This document shows positions 1 through 15,714 of a stretch of 64,000 nucleotides of DNA, one piece after another. Below the pieces are notes generated by a model, which was not told the DNA's origin, did no database searches, and saw nothing but the letters and a program-made list of their open reading frames with translations. A program made the translations under genes and the position numbers. Numbering within the stretch: the stretch's first letter is position 1; each line of letters opens with the position of its first letter. Location of the stretch: assembly GCF_009914755.1 (NCBI RefSeq), contig NC_060926.1, one strand, 5' to 3'. The stretch is from the human T2T-CHM13v2.0 reference genome, Homo sapiens.

Positions 1-237
1 TGGTGCCATCTCGGCTCACTGCAACCTCTTCCTCCTGGGTTCCAGCAATTCTGCCTCAGCCTTCTGAGTAGTTGACATTACAGGCATATACCATCATGCC
101 TGGCTAATCTTTTTATTTTTTTGTGGAGACGGGGTTTCATCAGTTGGCCTGGTCTCGAAAGTCCTGACCTCAAGTGATCTGCCCACCTTGGCCTCCCAAA
201 GTGCTGGGATTACAGGCGTGAGCCACCATGCCCGGCC
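1..237 (-). mobile_element. Alu (AluS-like), cut by the window edge
   Basis: Reverse Alu consensus ...gcctcccaaagtgctgggattacaggcgtgagccaccatgcccggcc. Confidence 0.95.
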
Positions 238-555
238 CCAAACAATTTTAATTAAATTCTCCACGTGCAGTTCTTGCTTCATATGACATCATTCCTCCAA
301 CCTTCTCCTTTCATTCATCTTGTATGATGGTTTAACACCTAATAACAAGGAAAGCTATTTTTTATATTATCTTCTTCAGTGCTCACATTTCTACATTCTA
401 TATAATCTCAGCACAAGCTCACATCACATTTTTGAAATCTTAACATCAATTTTGATGAGTTCAAAATGCTTATTGATGACTTTGAACTTCTTGGACTTCA
501 CACTTCCATCCTCAAGATCTTAAATTCCAAGTTTCCCTCTGACCACGTCCCTCCT

Positions 556-862
556 TTTTTGTTTGCTTTTTTTTTTTTTTTTTGATATGGGGTGTCGCTC
601 TGTCACCAGGCTGGAGTGCAGTGGCGTGACCTTGGCTCACTGTGAACTCTGCCTCCCGAGTTTAAGCGATTCTCCTGCCTCAGCCTCGTGAGTACCTGGG
701 ACTACAGGCGCCTGCCACCACACCCAGCTAATTTTTGTATGTTTAGTAGAGACAGGGTTTCACCATGTTGGCCAGGATGGTCTCGATCTCTTGACCTTGT
801 GATCTGCCCGCCTTGGCCTCCCAAAATGCTGGGATTACAGGCGCGAGCCTCTGAGCCCAGCC
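556..862 (-). mobile_element. Alu (AluS-like)
   Basis: Poly-T followed by both reverse Alu arms. Confidence 0.95.
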
Positions 863-886
863 TCCCTCCTTGCTTTTGATGGCTAA

Positions 887-1184
<298 letters not shown>

Positions 1185-1621
1185 TGTAAACCTCCTCTTT
1201 CATCTCACATGACCTCCAGGCCCAACCTTTTCCTACTGTCATAACTAATCGTGTTTTACTTCTCAGCACAGAACAATATGTACATAATAAAAACTAGCAT
1301 AAATTTAATAATTCAAAAACCAACAAGAATCCCTTTTATTATAAAAATAATCACTATTATTGCTTAAACTATTTTACACATTTGATTTTTCTAAGTTCTA
1401 CATATAAGTATATATTGTACAGAAAAGCATCAGAGACAGGAGAATACCTTTTAACCAATGTGATCAAAAACACTATCTGAATGGCTAAAGACAGGTAGTA
1501 AAACAGGGAAACTATTAAACATATACACACATTTGCATCCTGAACATTTTAATTTAAAAATATAAACGTTCATTCAGACATCAGGACTTTCTTTGAAAAT
1601 GAGTCCTGTGACTGAAGCTCA

Positions 1622-1926
<305 letters not shown>

Positions 1927-2434
1927 TAGTGTACTTATAAACACTCATACATAATAAATTGTCTAGCATTCCTAGCTCAGTTTCATTAAGGTGAAGCATG
2001 AACTAGAGGCATTTGTGAAGTAATCTGAATGTAAAATCCTTCTAGATTTTTTTTTACTATTTTCACTCTAATGTCTTAAATTACCTACACTTAATTCAAA
2101 CCAGTATGTAGCCATTTGCTTTTATGAAGTCTTTCCAAAGCATCCAATCTAGCTTGCCAAATAAAAAATTTTATTTTTTTCACAAGATTTTATCAATTTA
2201 CACAATATTAATTATATATTAATAATAAGTACAATTCGAATACACAGGTTTGAAAAATACAACAGAACTTCAATAAGCACAAAGTTCAACTGGTAAGTGA
2301 AGAATATGGAAGATTATACTGGAAAAGTAGCCTAACAGTAGTGAGAGAACCTTTTATCGGGATTTGCAGCTAGAATAGAAAGTACTGGCAATTCTGACAA
2401 GTCCTTTGTTCACTTCTGCTTTCAGTCTCTGTAA

Positions 2435-2780
2435 ATTTCCTTTTGTGGTCATTTCATATAATTATCCTGTAATATGTAATCTTTGGTGTCTGATTTCCTT
2501 CATTAAGCATAAAGTTTGTAAGGTTTATTAATGTTGTAACATAACAACAGTATTTCCTTCTGTTTAGGGCTAAACAGCACTCCATTGCATGGATACACCA
2601 CATTTTGCTTATCTATAAGCTGATGGATACTTTGGGTTGTTTCCATTTTTTGTCTATTACAAATAAGGTGGCTATAAACATTTGGGTACAATATTTTTGT
2701 GGACATATGCTTTCATTTTTCTTGGGTGGATTCTAAGAGAGGAATTACTGGGCTGTATGGAAATTATCAAACTTTTCTAA
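2435..2780 (-). mobile_element. Old L1 (L1M) 3' fragment
   Basis: Typical reverse L1M text (cactccattgcatggatacaccacattttgcttatc...gatggatactttgggttgtttcc). Confidence 0.75.
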
Positions 2781-3295
2781 GGGGGATCTATCACTTATGG
2801 TAAATTTTTTAATAAAAAACCTCTAATAGTAAGAATAATATTTGATGTGAAGTTAGGAATTCTTTATATGATCCTGGCTCTACTGTTAACTGGCTATGTG
2901 ACCTTAAGTCACTTATTCATTGTGGCCCTCAGTAAAACAAATGGCTGGTAAAGATAATCTCTAAAACATTAATATCATTTCCTATGAAAATCCTCTCACC
3001 AAAAAATAATATACATGCAGGATCAAATAAATGTACACTTCACTACTTCTTCCCCTTCTATTTGCTATCGGTCTCCCATGGCTTGGATTTCCCCTGTCCC
3101 AACTTTAAGCATAGTGATGGTATCGCTACTAAAGGAGGTAAATCTATTACCTTATGGCCTACAATGTCTGCTATCTTAAGCCCTCTGGCAAAAAGGCAGA
3201 AAGACATCAGTCAGAACTGATGAATTCTTCAGGAATGCTGTGTATAGAGGAAAATGATGCTTCAGTAAAGGAAGCCAAGGCATGTGATCAGAATA

Positions 3296-3646
3296 CATAG
3301 TTTGGAGCACCCCAATCCAAAAATCTGACATCTAAAATTCTCCAAACTCTGAAACTCTGAGCATCAACATGATGCCACAAGTAAATTCCACAACTGACCT
3401 CATGCATCGGGTTGCAGCCAAAACTTTATTTCATGTACAAATTACTTAAAATATTGTACAAAATTACCTTTGGGCTATGTATATAAGGTGTATATAAAAC
3501 ATAAATGAATTTTATGTTTAGCACATGGGTTCCATCCCCACAATCTCTCATTATGTATATGCAAATATTCCAAAATCCCCCCAAAATGCAAAATCTGAAA
3601 ACACTTATGGTCACAAGCATTTCGGGTAAGAGACAAAATCAACCTG
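3296..3646. mobile_element. Tigger4b/MER46-like TcMar DNA transposon
   Basis: Decayed TIRs (..gagcaccccaatccaaaaatc.. / ..caacctg) and internal sequence homologous to the copy at 34349-34683 in opposite orientation. Confidence 0.8.
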
Positions 3647-5670
3647 AAGCTGGAAGGTGTAGGCAGAACACAGAATGTTTAAAGCCATGGGTTACTGTGG
3701 TGTAAGAGCTAAGCCTTTGTCTTTCAACTTGAGACTGTCAAGATGTGTGATGATAATTAAATGACATATAATATTAAGAAAAACTTGATAACCCTAAAAT
3801 TTCATTATAGATAAAAAAGAGCTAATAAATGGAGAAGAAACACAGAAACTTAAGTGTGGCTCTATAAAACTATTAATAGTAATACTAAATAATCATTTAT
3901 ATTAAATGTCTGACATGTATGATTAATTACCATCAAGTACAATTAAGGGTACAGATGCATAACCCTTGAGTATTTGTGTGCATATGTTAAACAGAAATGC
4001 ACACATATATTCACAGTAAACTTGTGATATGCACATGATATGATTCTAATATCATTTAAATTCTTGTGAGGTTTTAATTTTTATGTGTCTATTTTTTAAG
4101 ATTTTTTAAAAGTCCCAGCTCCGGTTACCTCTAACTAGCAAACTCAAAGTATGAACAAGATTTTAAAAATCATTCCAAAAGAGAAAAAAAAAAAATTAAA
4201 GACTGATTTTAAAATGTCTTAATCCCAGGCTTTGACCAAAATGTAGTGACCAAAATGTAGTATGAGTTTGACATTAGTCACTTATCTACTAAAGAGACCT
4301 TAGCAGAGATAGAAAGTTGGTGGCTTTTTCTACTTGCCTTTTTAAAGCCAAAAACAGGCATTTTAAATATAAAATGTTCTTAAAAACATGTTCGAAAGCC
4401 TAATGTGAGTCAAGCATTATGTTTACATAAAGGGATGTGAGTTTCATCACCACAGAGATAAACCACATTTTAAATCTCTATTTACAGTTCTCTCTCAAGG
4501 GTTGCTATTCCTTGGCCAAGCAGGCCTGCAATGAGCAAAAACTTTCACAAGCTAGGTGGACCTGTGGTGAGAGACAGGAGCCAATGGTGGGGACCCACCT
4601 CATGCCCCCCTTTTCACAGCTGGTTCTGCATCTGACTTCATCCATACAGTAAGCTTGATAAACCAACTTCATTTGTAACATAAGCACTTCATTTGTAACA
4701 TAACATCTATCTCACAATGCTATTCCACTCATTTCCACTTCTAGTCCTGAAAATAAATAGCTTTTAAGACCAACTTCCCTGCCAACAACTATAAAGGCTG
4801 GATAAAAAAATACAAAAGCACCACCAGTTTTAAAACATCAACTAGGACAGGCAGGTCTCCAGGAGTTGGACTGGAGAGAGATGGAGTCTTTCTAAGCCAC
4901 AAGAAAAGGAAAGCTCAACCAGGTGACCTCCATGGAAAACTCCTGCAAATGCTTACTCAAGACCTAGGGCTCTTTGCATGCCCAGAAGACACGAGGACAC
5001 CAACAAACAAAATGCTTGGCCCTACAAGACCACAGATATTACTACTTCCACCATCTTGGCAAAGATGTGCCTCTTCCTCTTCACCCTACCAACATATCTA
5101 AATAGTTAAATGATGTATAAGAAATCAAATTCAGCACATAAAAGTATGCTCAAAGGTGTCAAGACACACAATGCAAAAATACAGTTCCTATTGAAGCTAA
5201 ACCTATGCAAAGTCAAGGGGTGTCTCTTAAAGTGCGCTAAATAGTTTCATTACTCAGGGAGTGGCATTACAAACAAATCAAATAAAAAGTTAAAATAAAA
5301 ACAAATGTGAAAATTAAGTCCAAAAAACAACTTAACTCTTACTACTTAATTTACCTGCAAGAAAAAGTTTAGTAAATATTTTTAATAGTCATTATGTTAC
5401 AGAAAAGCAAGCTAGGATAAATGGGTTCTAGGCAAAATCAATGGTGCACCCAAGGAAAGAAACAACTTAAAAATTGTTATTTTATCATTCCTATCTAATG
5501 TTTCATTTGTAACTATGAGTAAACAGGTGTTTGAGAACAAATTCTAAAACTAACCTTTGGGTCACATTCAACTCTGAAAGCTTAGTATAAATATAAATAC
5601 AAAAGTCCTCTGGTTCTATTACAAAGTTTAAGGGAGCTTTTAATAACATGTTTGCTTTAAAGTCCAGTAG

Positions 5671-5955
<285 letters not shown>

Positions 5956-6831
5956 TAATAGACCAAGGATAGTTATTTATTAGTACTTATTCATCTATCC
6001 TCTGCCTGGTCCCACATATGGCCAGCAGTAGCTATTTATTTAGGAAAAAAAAAAAAGGTTTAACAATGTGTGAATTGCTGTGAAAGTTGGTCTTTTAAGC
6101 TAACTGTCAAGCTGGTTAATCAAACTCTTAAATAGTTCTTCTTTCAGTTTCTTATCCTCATACTAAGAACATCTGTAACTGTTTTTGTCTACTACTGTAA
6201 AAGAGAATACGAAAAGACAAATGTAAACAGGGTTAAAAAAATCTTTATAAATATTAAATACTTATTCTGCTAGTAAGCTAGAGATAAACCCTGAAAAGTT
6301 AAACTCACATTTAAAATTAAAAAAAAAAAAAAAAGAGGCAAATAACTCTATGACAAGTCTGTCAGAACATGTTAGAACTTGCCTTACCAAATTTAATCAC
6401 TAAGGTAATCCTCTATTAACAAGTAATAAAATATTTTCAGAGTTCACTTTCAAATCATGAAATAAATACAGATTTAAAAAGGTTTAACACAATGAAGACA
6501 GAAATAGAAAAATTTTAAATGAGCAGAAAAGTAGTAAAAAGTTTCTACTGCAGAATCATAGTGGGGGAAAAAAAGTCTAATTATAATTAGATCGAAGTTT
6601 AAAGAACTTTCTCAATACTTTCCATGATACCAGTAACTGACTACACTTCTAAAACAGCACCAGTAACATATGAATTAGTAAATTGTACAGATAAACATTT
6701 CTAGATATAAAAATATTACTGATAAATTTGGTAGAGAAGCATATGATATGGTGTCAAAAAACCTGGTGGACTTAGCCACTACTAAAAAGCTCAGAGTTTC
6801 CACCACAGTAAAAATTTTCTTAAAATCTTTC

Positions 6832-7140
<309 letters not shown>

Positions 7141-7384
7141 TTATTTAAAAATAATTTCCATTTAAGAATTGTCTACCAAGATATTGGACAAATCAAACCC
7201 ATGTTTCTCTAAAGTTGTGTAAACTGCAATAAATCATAAAATAAAAACACTGTTCTCTACTTCAAATTTAATAATCTAGAGGTCAGAGGGAAAAAAAACA
7301 GTTAATCACACTTTGAGGTCTTAGAGCAATGAATTTATAAGACTATCTTTCAGGAAAGAAGACCTGTATTAGAGAAGCAATACA

Positions 7385-7515
7385 ATTCAGTGGTTAAGAG
7401 CACTGATTCAAGAACCAAATAGCCTCTGTTTCAGTCTTGTCTGCCATTTACTAGGTGTGACCTTAGTATCTGTCTCAGTTGCCTCATCTGTAAAATAACA
7501 TCTACCTCAAAATGT
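7385..7515 (+). mobile_element. MIR
   Basis: gtggttaagagcactg...ctgccatttactaggtgtgacctt...tctcagttgcctcatctgtaaaat core. Confidence 0.75.
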
Positions 7516-7602
7516 TATTCCACCTTTAGTACTGAAAGAAAAGCTTTTGTAAGACCAACGCCCCTGGAAGAACAACTATAAAAGCTGGATGAAAATAAAA
7601 AA

Positions 7603-8345
7603 CTACCACCTCATACCCATTAGAAGAGTTACTATAAAAAAAAAAAACACAAAACACAAAATAACAAGTTTTGACAAGAATGTGGAAAAATTAGAGCTCT
7701 CGTGCACTGTTGGTGGAAACCTAAGATAGTATAGCTGCTGTGGAAAGCAATATAGCAGTTCCTCAAAAATTACAAAAACAATTAACATAGGATCCACTAA
7801 TTCCACTTCTGGGTATACACCCAAAAGAAATGAAAGCACATCTTGAAGAGGTATTTGTACATTCGTGTTCACAGCAACATTATTCACAGTAGCCAAAAGG
7901 TGAAAACAACTCAAGTGTCCATCAACAGATGAACAGATAAACAAAATGTGGTCTACACATAGAATGCGGTATTATGCAGCCTTAGAAAGGAAGTAAACTC
8001 TCACATATGCCGTAATACGATGAACCTTAAGGACATGCTAAGTGAAATATGCCAGTGACAAAGGGACAAACACCTTATGATTCCACTTACATGAGGTAAT
8101 GAGTGATCAAATCATAAACAGAGAAGGTAGAATGGTAGCTGGCAGAGGCTTGGTGGAGGGGAAAATGGAAAGTTACTGTTTAGTGAGTACAGAATTTCAG
8201 TTTTGCAAGATGAAAAGAATTCTGGAGAGGATGGTGGTGACAGCTCTGTACAACAATGTGAACGTACACTTAATAGCTCTGAACTGCACACTTAAGGGTA
8301 AGATGGTAAATTTTATATGTATTTGACCACAATTAAAAAAACAAA
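7603..8345 (+). mobile_element. L1MB-type 3' end
   Basis: End of ORF2 and 3' UTR text (ctaccacctcatacccattag...ccacttctgggtatacacccaaaagaaatgaaagc...accacaattaaaaaa). Confidence 0.88.
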
Positions 8346-10502
8346 CCAAAAACCCCCAGTGTTTAAAAGCATCAAGAGTAACAAAGGCAACCTAGACTTG
8401 TAGGGCCAAGATTCCGGAGAAAAGGCAAACATACTGAGAGGAGCCCCATACCAGCCTTCACTGGTTCCCTTCAGTCACTTGCTGTCTTTGGAGGACTGGA
8501 AATAAGAGCCCAACCAGAAAGACAAAAGTGGAGTTGGTTACCAAGCAGCTAGGACTTAAGATGTCAAGGTTCTGAAGAGGAGAGAAACACAAAGAGCCGC
8601 AATTTCTGCAAGAAATTTTTCACTGAGATGTTTACTGATACAGCACCCTAAGCAAGGGGTGATGACACCAAGAATCCAAACAGAAACTATCAAAGGGAGG
8701 CTGAAGATCTGTGCTGAAGAGACAACTGTTAGAATTCTAGGAACATTAATTCAGAAGGCAACCTGGCAAACACCTCAGGCTTTCTTTCAGTTCAGACCCC
8801 AGAGGAACTATGCTCTGTGAATAGGTATGTCCTGGAAATAAAGGCAAACTGTTAACAGACCAACACTAACTAAAAGCTAGCCTCAACTAGATCACGGTGA
8901 TCTGACTGTACTTTACCTGCCTGCCGGAACAAAATTAAATTTACTTTGGAGGAAGGTATCATGCAGGGCCTCCACAATTTTTCACAAACAATACTGGAAT
9001 TCAAATTTTAAAACACCATGCTTGCCCGTTTCCCCCACAAAACAAAACAAAAACAACCCAGGATCAAAAGTATAAAAACCAAAGGGGAAAAACCCCAAGA
9101 AGTCAAAATGTTCTAAGACCTTTGCCCTACCCAGAAAGTGGTAAGTAACAAAACAAAAAACTAATCTAATGCATATAATCTCTAAGGTAACTACTAAAAT
9201 AACATGTAAATAATAAGCTAATGGGGGTGGGGGTAATAAAATACACTTATTAATCTAAAGAAAGCAAAAAAAAAAAGCTGAGGAAAGTAATAAAGAACAG
9301 ATGAGACAGAAAAAAAAAACAGGACAGTAAATTTAAACCCAAATGTATCAGTAATTATTTTAAATGTAAACAAACTAAATGCTTCAATATATGGAACAAG
9401 TGATACACCTTAAAATTCTGGGTTTATCATAAACTCTACTAAACAGTCAATTAATGTAATTCTTTTGCACTGAGGTGATTGATAGAGCACAGTGGTGAAG
9501 ACCATGAGCTTTAGAATCAACTTCTAAATTCAAATTTGAATCAAAAATCAAACACTGCAAATTCAAAGGCTTAAATCCAATGTTCTACTCCAGTTATTCA
9601 GTAAATGTATGATTTTGGCAGGTTAATCTCTCTAACCTCATTCTTAATCTTTCTAACCTCAGTTTTCCATTCACAAAAATGGAGATAACATTCAACTTTA
9701 AGGTCAAGTATTTAAAACATGTGGCACAGTGATACAGGTATGTAATAAATGATATCTGTTGTTATGTATTTGGAAAAACATTTACCTTCAAAGAAACACA
9801 ATAAATTTTTTTGTTTTATTGATCTCCTAAAGTATTGCTTAAAAATAACAAAAATAATGATAAGATAATAATATTGTTAGGATTAAATAAACATACATAA
9901 AGTGCTTAAACAGTGCCTGGCACGCACCAAAGGTAAAAGTATTATTTGCTCTTTTGAGTAGCAGTGTTGGGGAGACTCAGCCAAGGAAGGCTTATATTAA
10001 CCTACTTGAAGAGTTCCTAAAGAAACTGTGATCAACTTAATCTACTCTGTTTTCTTCCTTCATTATCATAATTCCTCAGACACTACATCTAGCTGTTCAC
10101 TTTCAGTTTTAAGATGGTATAAAACTTAAGAGCTAAAAGGGCTCTAACATTTAAAATAATCTAATCAACATATCCTTACAGATTCCATAGATAGGTTTCA
10201 GGCACCCATAAACCCCTTGAAACTGCACAAAGTATGTGTTCTATGGTATGTGCATGCACACATGCCTGCCTCTTCCAGGAGAGAGTTCGTGAAATATGAC
10301 CATTTTCCAAAGGATCTATGACTCCCAAAAGATAAGAATCAGATCTCTTGTCCAATAATTTTACAGATAAGAAAACAAGAGTCTTGAGAGGGTAAATAAC
10401 TTGAGCAAATTAATGACAAAGCAGGAACTAGTTTCTTAATTCACATTAAACATTCTTCTCACTACTCCAAACTTCCCATATACATTGTCAGAGTCCACTT
10501 TA

Positions 10503-10902
<400 letters not shown>

Positions 10903-11030
10903 CTACTTCATGTTAGGCAGTGTAAACACTGAATACTTGCCTTCCTAAACTTAATGTCATGGACTGCTAAAATCATCACTGCATATACCCAGAAAACAGT
11001 TCACAAGGCACAGCGATCAAGTTTATCATT

Positions 11031-11081
11031 CTCCAACCTGGGCGACAGAGCAAGACTAAGTCTCCAAAAAAAAAAAAAAAA
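11031..11081 (+). mobile_element. Severely 5'-truncated Alu (3' tip plus poly-A)
   Basis: ctccaacctgggcgacagagcaagact..tctccA16, flanked by degenerate aagtttatcattct / aagtttactgttct. Confidence 0.8.
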
Positions 11082-12337
11082 GTTTACTGTTCTATTAATC
11101 TGTTTCAGATAGGGGCTGAAAAATATTAAATAACATTTTTAAGTAGCAAGAAAAATAAAATTAAAAAGCAGCAGGAATTTAAGGAAGGAAGAAACCCTTA
11201 TTATCAGGCACATTCTTAACCTTTACAGTATTTCATGATGCCCTGGTTTCCTTGACATAAGGCCTAGTATGTGACTTCTAACTATAAAAAGATGCCGGGG
11301 TACTGGATACTGGTCAGTCATAGCTATAAAAATTAGAGCACAAATGGGGAAAGCCTGTCTTAAAAAGACCTTTCTTACAAAAGCAAAGTCAGTCAAAATG
11401 TTGAAGAGGTATAGCCCAAAAGTCACTGCATCCTGTTTCTTCTAGTACATCATTCTGAAAGCAGAGAAGGTGCCAGGAAAATTCTTAATCTATCTGTGCT
11501 TTTCCAGAATATAGTTATTTTCAAAATTCTCTAAATGTGCAACCTAGAATATTGTGAACAAACTTTTTAAAGAGCTAAAATCATCAAAATGTACATGAGA
11601 AAACACAGACCCACAGACTCCATCATCTCTATGTTCTTATCCTATCTTCTGGCCTCCAAAAAGGCACACAAATTCTCCACGGTAGCTTTAGCAAATAGCG
11701 TATAGTATTCATCTAAACTCTGCTCCTTGCCACCTATTACCTTTGGTTCACACCATGAGCAACATTTGCACTACAACGTTCACACTAATGAGCAATCTGA
11801 CACACTCCTTAAAGATGCCTAAATTTTAATCTTGCATTTTATCAAGATTCCCTCCAGCCACACATTGATATAAGCAAACCTTGAACCTCATCATTAGAAG
11901 ACATCAAATAACTCTGGCATTGAAGATCATCTTTTTCTTCCCACCTCTCCTACTTTGTTACACTTGAACGATCCCGTTTCTCATTCTCACTAGATCTCTA
12001 GGTCTGCTGATCCCAAATACGTAATACTTCTATTTCATGGACCATATGAGATTCACTTGCTTCCTTTAACAGCACAGACCCACAGCAACCATTTCAAAAA
12101 CGCTACTATCTTAGAATTCTCCCCCACACCCAAGAGGGAAAATTCTATCAGTGGGTTTTCCTTATTTTGAACACTCTTCTCTGAGGCTAAGTACCCTGGA
12201 AAAAGGTCAAACTCTAACTGGCTCCACTATACAAAATTTGTGCCAACTCACCTAAATTATCCCCTCACAACTATAGATAATCCATTTATTTACACCTAGT
12301 TGATCACAGCACAGTGAGCATTCCATTTTTTTTCCTT

Positions 12338-12810
12338 GTATTAGTTTCTTATTGCTGCTGTAAAAATTACCACAAATTTGTGGTTTATCTATTCTCTTAT
12401 ATTCTAGAATTCAGAAAACTGAAATCAGTTTCAGCAGGCTAAAGCAAAGATGTTGGCAGGGCTGGCTCCTTATGGAGGCTCTCAGGAGCACCCATTTCCT
12501 TGCTTTTCTAGGGGCCATCTGTCTTCTTTGACTAGTGCCCCCTCCTCCATTTTCAAAGTCCATCACTCCAGTCTGTTTCTACAATCATATCGCCTTTTTT
12601 CTCTGACTGACTCTTTCATCTCTCTGGTAAGAACCAGTATGATTACATCAGGCCCAGGGGAACAGCCCAGGATAATCTCATCTAAAAATCCATAACATAA
12701 TCACATCTGCAAAGTCCCTTTTGCCATATAAAGGCAATATTCCCAGGTTTCAATGATTAGTCATGGACATATTTCGGGATTAGGGGGCTGGGGAGTAGCC
12801 TACCACACTC
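12338..12810 (-). mobile_element. MLT1 (ERVL-MaLR) solo LTR
   Basis: tgtattagtttcttattgctgctgtaaaaattaccacaaa...taatcacatctgcaaagtcccttttgccatataa. Confidence 0.85.
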
Positions 12811-13583
12811 CTTAAGGGCTCAACAACTCACATGCTTCTGTCACCCTAAACTGATGGTCCTACCTTCTACCTTACTAAGGAGACTAGAATACCAAAAGAG
12901 AGTTTCTCAGCTTCTCTCCTCTTCATAAAGTTATTTTTACACACCACTTCATCTCTTTACCCATCCTTGATGACTTTCCAAATAGCTCAAAGAAGCAGTG
13001 ACCCTCCTTTCTTGGGTTACTCTCTCCCCATTCCTTTGAATTTATTCCCTCTAATCTCCTTTCAGAATAATTTGCAGAACACCTTTGCTGCAAATACCTT
13101 TGCTGCAAAGGTATTTGCAGAATACCTTTCAGAATACCTTTGCTGTTTGTGAAAATGACTGGAAATACAAATTCAAGAAGAAACACAAAAATACCTTTGA
13201 AATTCTCCATAAAGTTTTGCACAGCAGTTCTTCTATTAGCCTTCTTAACAGAAGATCAAGATAGGAAATCATTTTGTTCCCTTTGACATTAACTGTAATT
13301 GCTTGAGTAGTCTATGGAATACTATCTATAATTTTCCCTTAACATTATATTCATTTTCATAGCTTGAAAGAGAAAAATGAACCAAATATTAATAAATACT
13401 TATGGATTGTATCAATAATTCAGGCTGTAATATAACGTATATAACAAATTTTCTGTAATGTCAAATCTTTTCCCAATCATTAATCATTTGAATAATTTAA
13501 AACTGAAAGTGAAACATATTAACCAGTACCAAACTATCTTATAAGCTAAACATGGAGTTATTTCTTTAATAAAAGAATGAATC

Positions 13584-13881
<298 letters not shown>

Positions 13882-14204
13882 TCAAATTAACGTATGTAAG
13901 TAAAGCAGGGATTACAAACTCTTAATGCTTTCAGGAGCCAAACAGGTAATGCAAGTCTCAAGCATTAGGAAGGGGTGGAGTGGCAGAAACTAGAGGCCAC
14001 ATGTTCCATCAAGAGAGATGTAGAGTTGATTTTTGCAACACCGAACCTGCCAAACAACAAAGTTATGTGGGACAAATTTTGAACAATCGTTACCTCCATG
14101 TAACCTGTGACTTTATTTACATTTTCAAGAGGCAGTGTGTCCCATAGTTTAATGCATAACATTTTAGACACAGACACCTCCTTGTTAAGAGTAAAAGTCA
14201 GCTA

Positions 14205-14590
<386 letters not shown>

Positions 14591-14871
14591 CTAAGATCTG
14601 AAATCCCAATAGTTAGAGCCAGTAACCACAAGAAACCTGCATAGTTGGTAATATAACCTAAGAGTCTAGGTTGAGGGTAAAAGTCTTACAAAAAAAAAAG
14701 TGGAGATGTCCACAGAGAAAAACTTTTTTGATTTCTGAAAAATTAAAAGCATATTTTATCTTAAATGAGGTATCGGTTAGAGAGGTGCATATGTTTGTCA
14801 AAAATCATTTTGTACACTTTAGTTCATTTCAACATACATTAAATTTTACCTTAATTTTAAAATGCACTTTT

Positions 14872-15182
14872 GGTTGGGCACAGTGGCTCATGCCTGTAAG
14901 CCCAACACTTTGGGAGGCTGAGGCGGGTAGATCACTTGAGCCCAGGAGTTCGAGACCAGCCTGGCCAACATGGCGAAACCCCATCTCTACCAAAAATACA
15001 AAAATTAGCCAGGTGTGGTGGCATGCACCTGTAGTCCTAACTACTCAGGAGGCTGAGGCAGGAGGATCACTTCAACCCAGGAGGCGGAGGCTGCAGTGAG
15101 CAAAGACAGCACCACTGGACTCCAGCCTGGGCGACAGAGCAAGACCCTGTCTCAAAAAACAAAACCAAACAAACAAAAAAAC
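14872..15182 (+). mobile_element. Alu (J/S-like)
   Basis: Full dimer; degenerate TSD aaaatgcactttt / aaaatgtactttt. Confidence 0.95.
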
Positions 15183-15335
15183 CCCATAAAAATGTACTTT
15201 TAAGTAGATTTTAATTAAGCCTAGAACACTACACATAAAAAGGCAATGTAAGTAAATGAAGGATATGAAAATTTAAAAAATTTATCTTGTAGAACATGAA
15301 GGTATCAACACTTTCTTTTTGAACCTAAAATAGCC

Positions 15336-15634
15336 TTTTTTTTTTTTTTTTGAGATAAGAGTCTTACTCTGTCATCCAGGCTAGAGTGCAGTGGCATGAT
15401 CTTGGCTTCCTGCAACCTCTGCCTCCCAAGTTCAAGCAATTCTCCTGCCTCAGCCTCCGAGTAGCTGGCATCATAGGCACGCACCACCACACCTAGCAAA
15501 TTTTTTGTGTTTTTAGTAGAGATGGGGTTTCACCACACTGGCCAGGCTGGTCTCAAATTCCTGGCCTCAAGTAATCCACCCACCTAGGCCTCCCCAAGTA
15601 CTGGAATTACAGGGGTGAGCCACTGTGCCTGGCC
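15336..15634 (-). mobile_element. Alu (S-like)
   Basis: Poly-T plus reverse Alu; taaaatagc on both sides. Confidence 0.95.
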
Positions 15635-15714
15635 TAAAATAGCATATTTTTAATAAGCATTTTTAAAAAGTGTAGTTTATTTAAAAAAAAAAACATACAA
15701 TATAACTCTGCACC

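Noticed and set aside
7603-8326. 113-aa and 75-aa ORFs
   Set aside because: They lie within an L1 3' relic.
13071-13145. CRISPR-like or pre-miRNA reading of the short repeats
   Set aside because: No spacers, primate context, and the stem is too short with no loop for a canonical pre-miRNA.
14671-15099. 142-aa ORF and the many ORFs with [12 protein letters not shown] / SWDYR / LLPRLECSG text
   Set aside because: Translations of Alu sequence, often from non-ATG starts.
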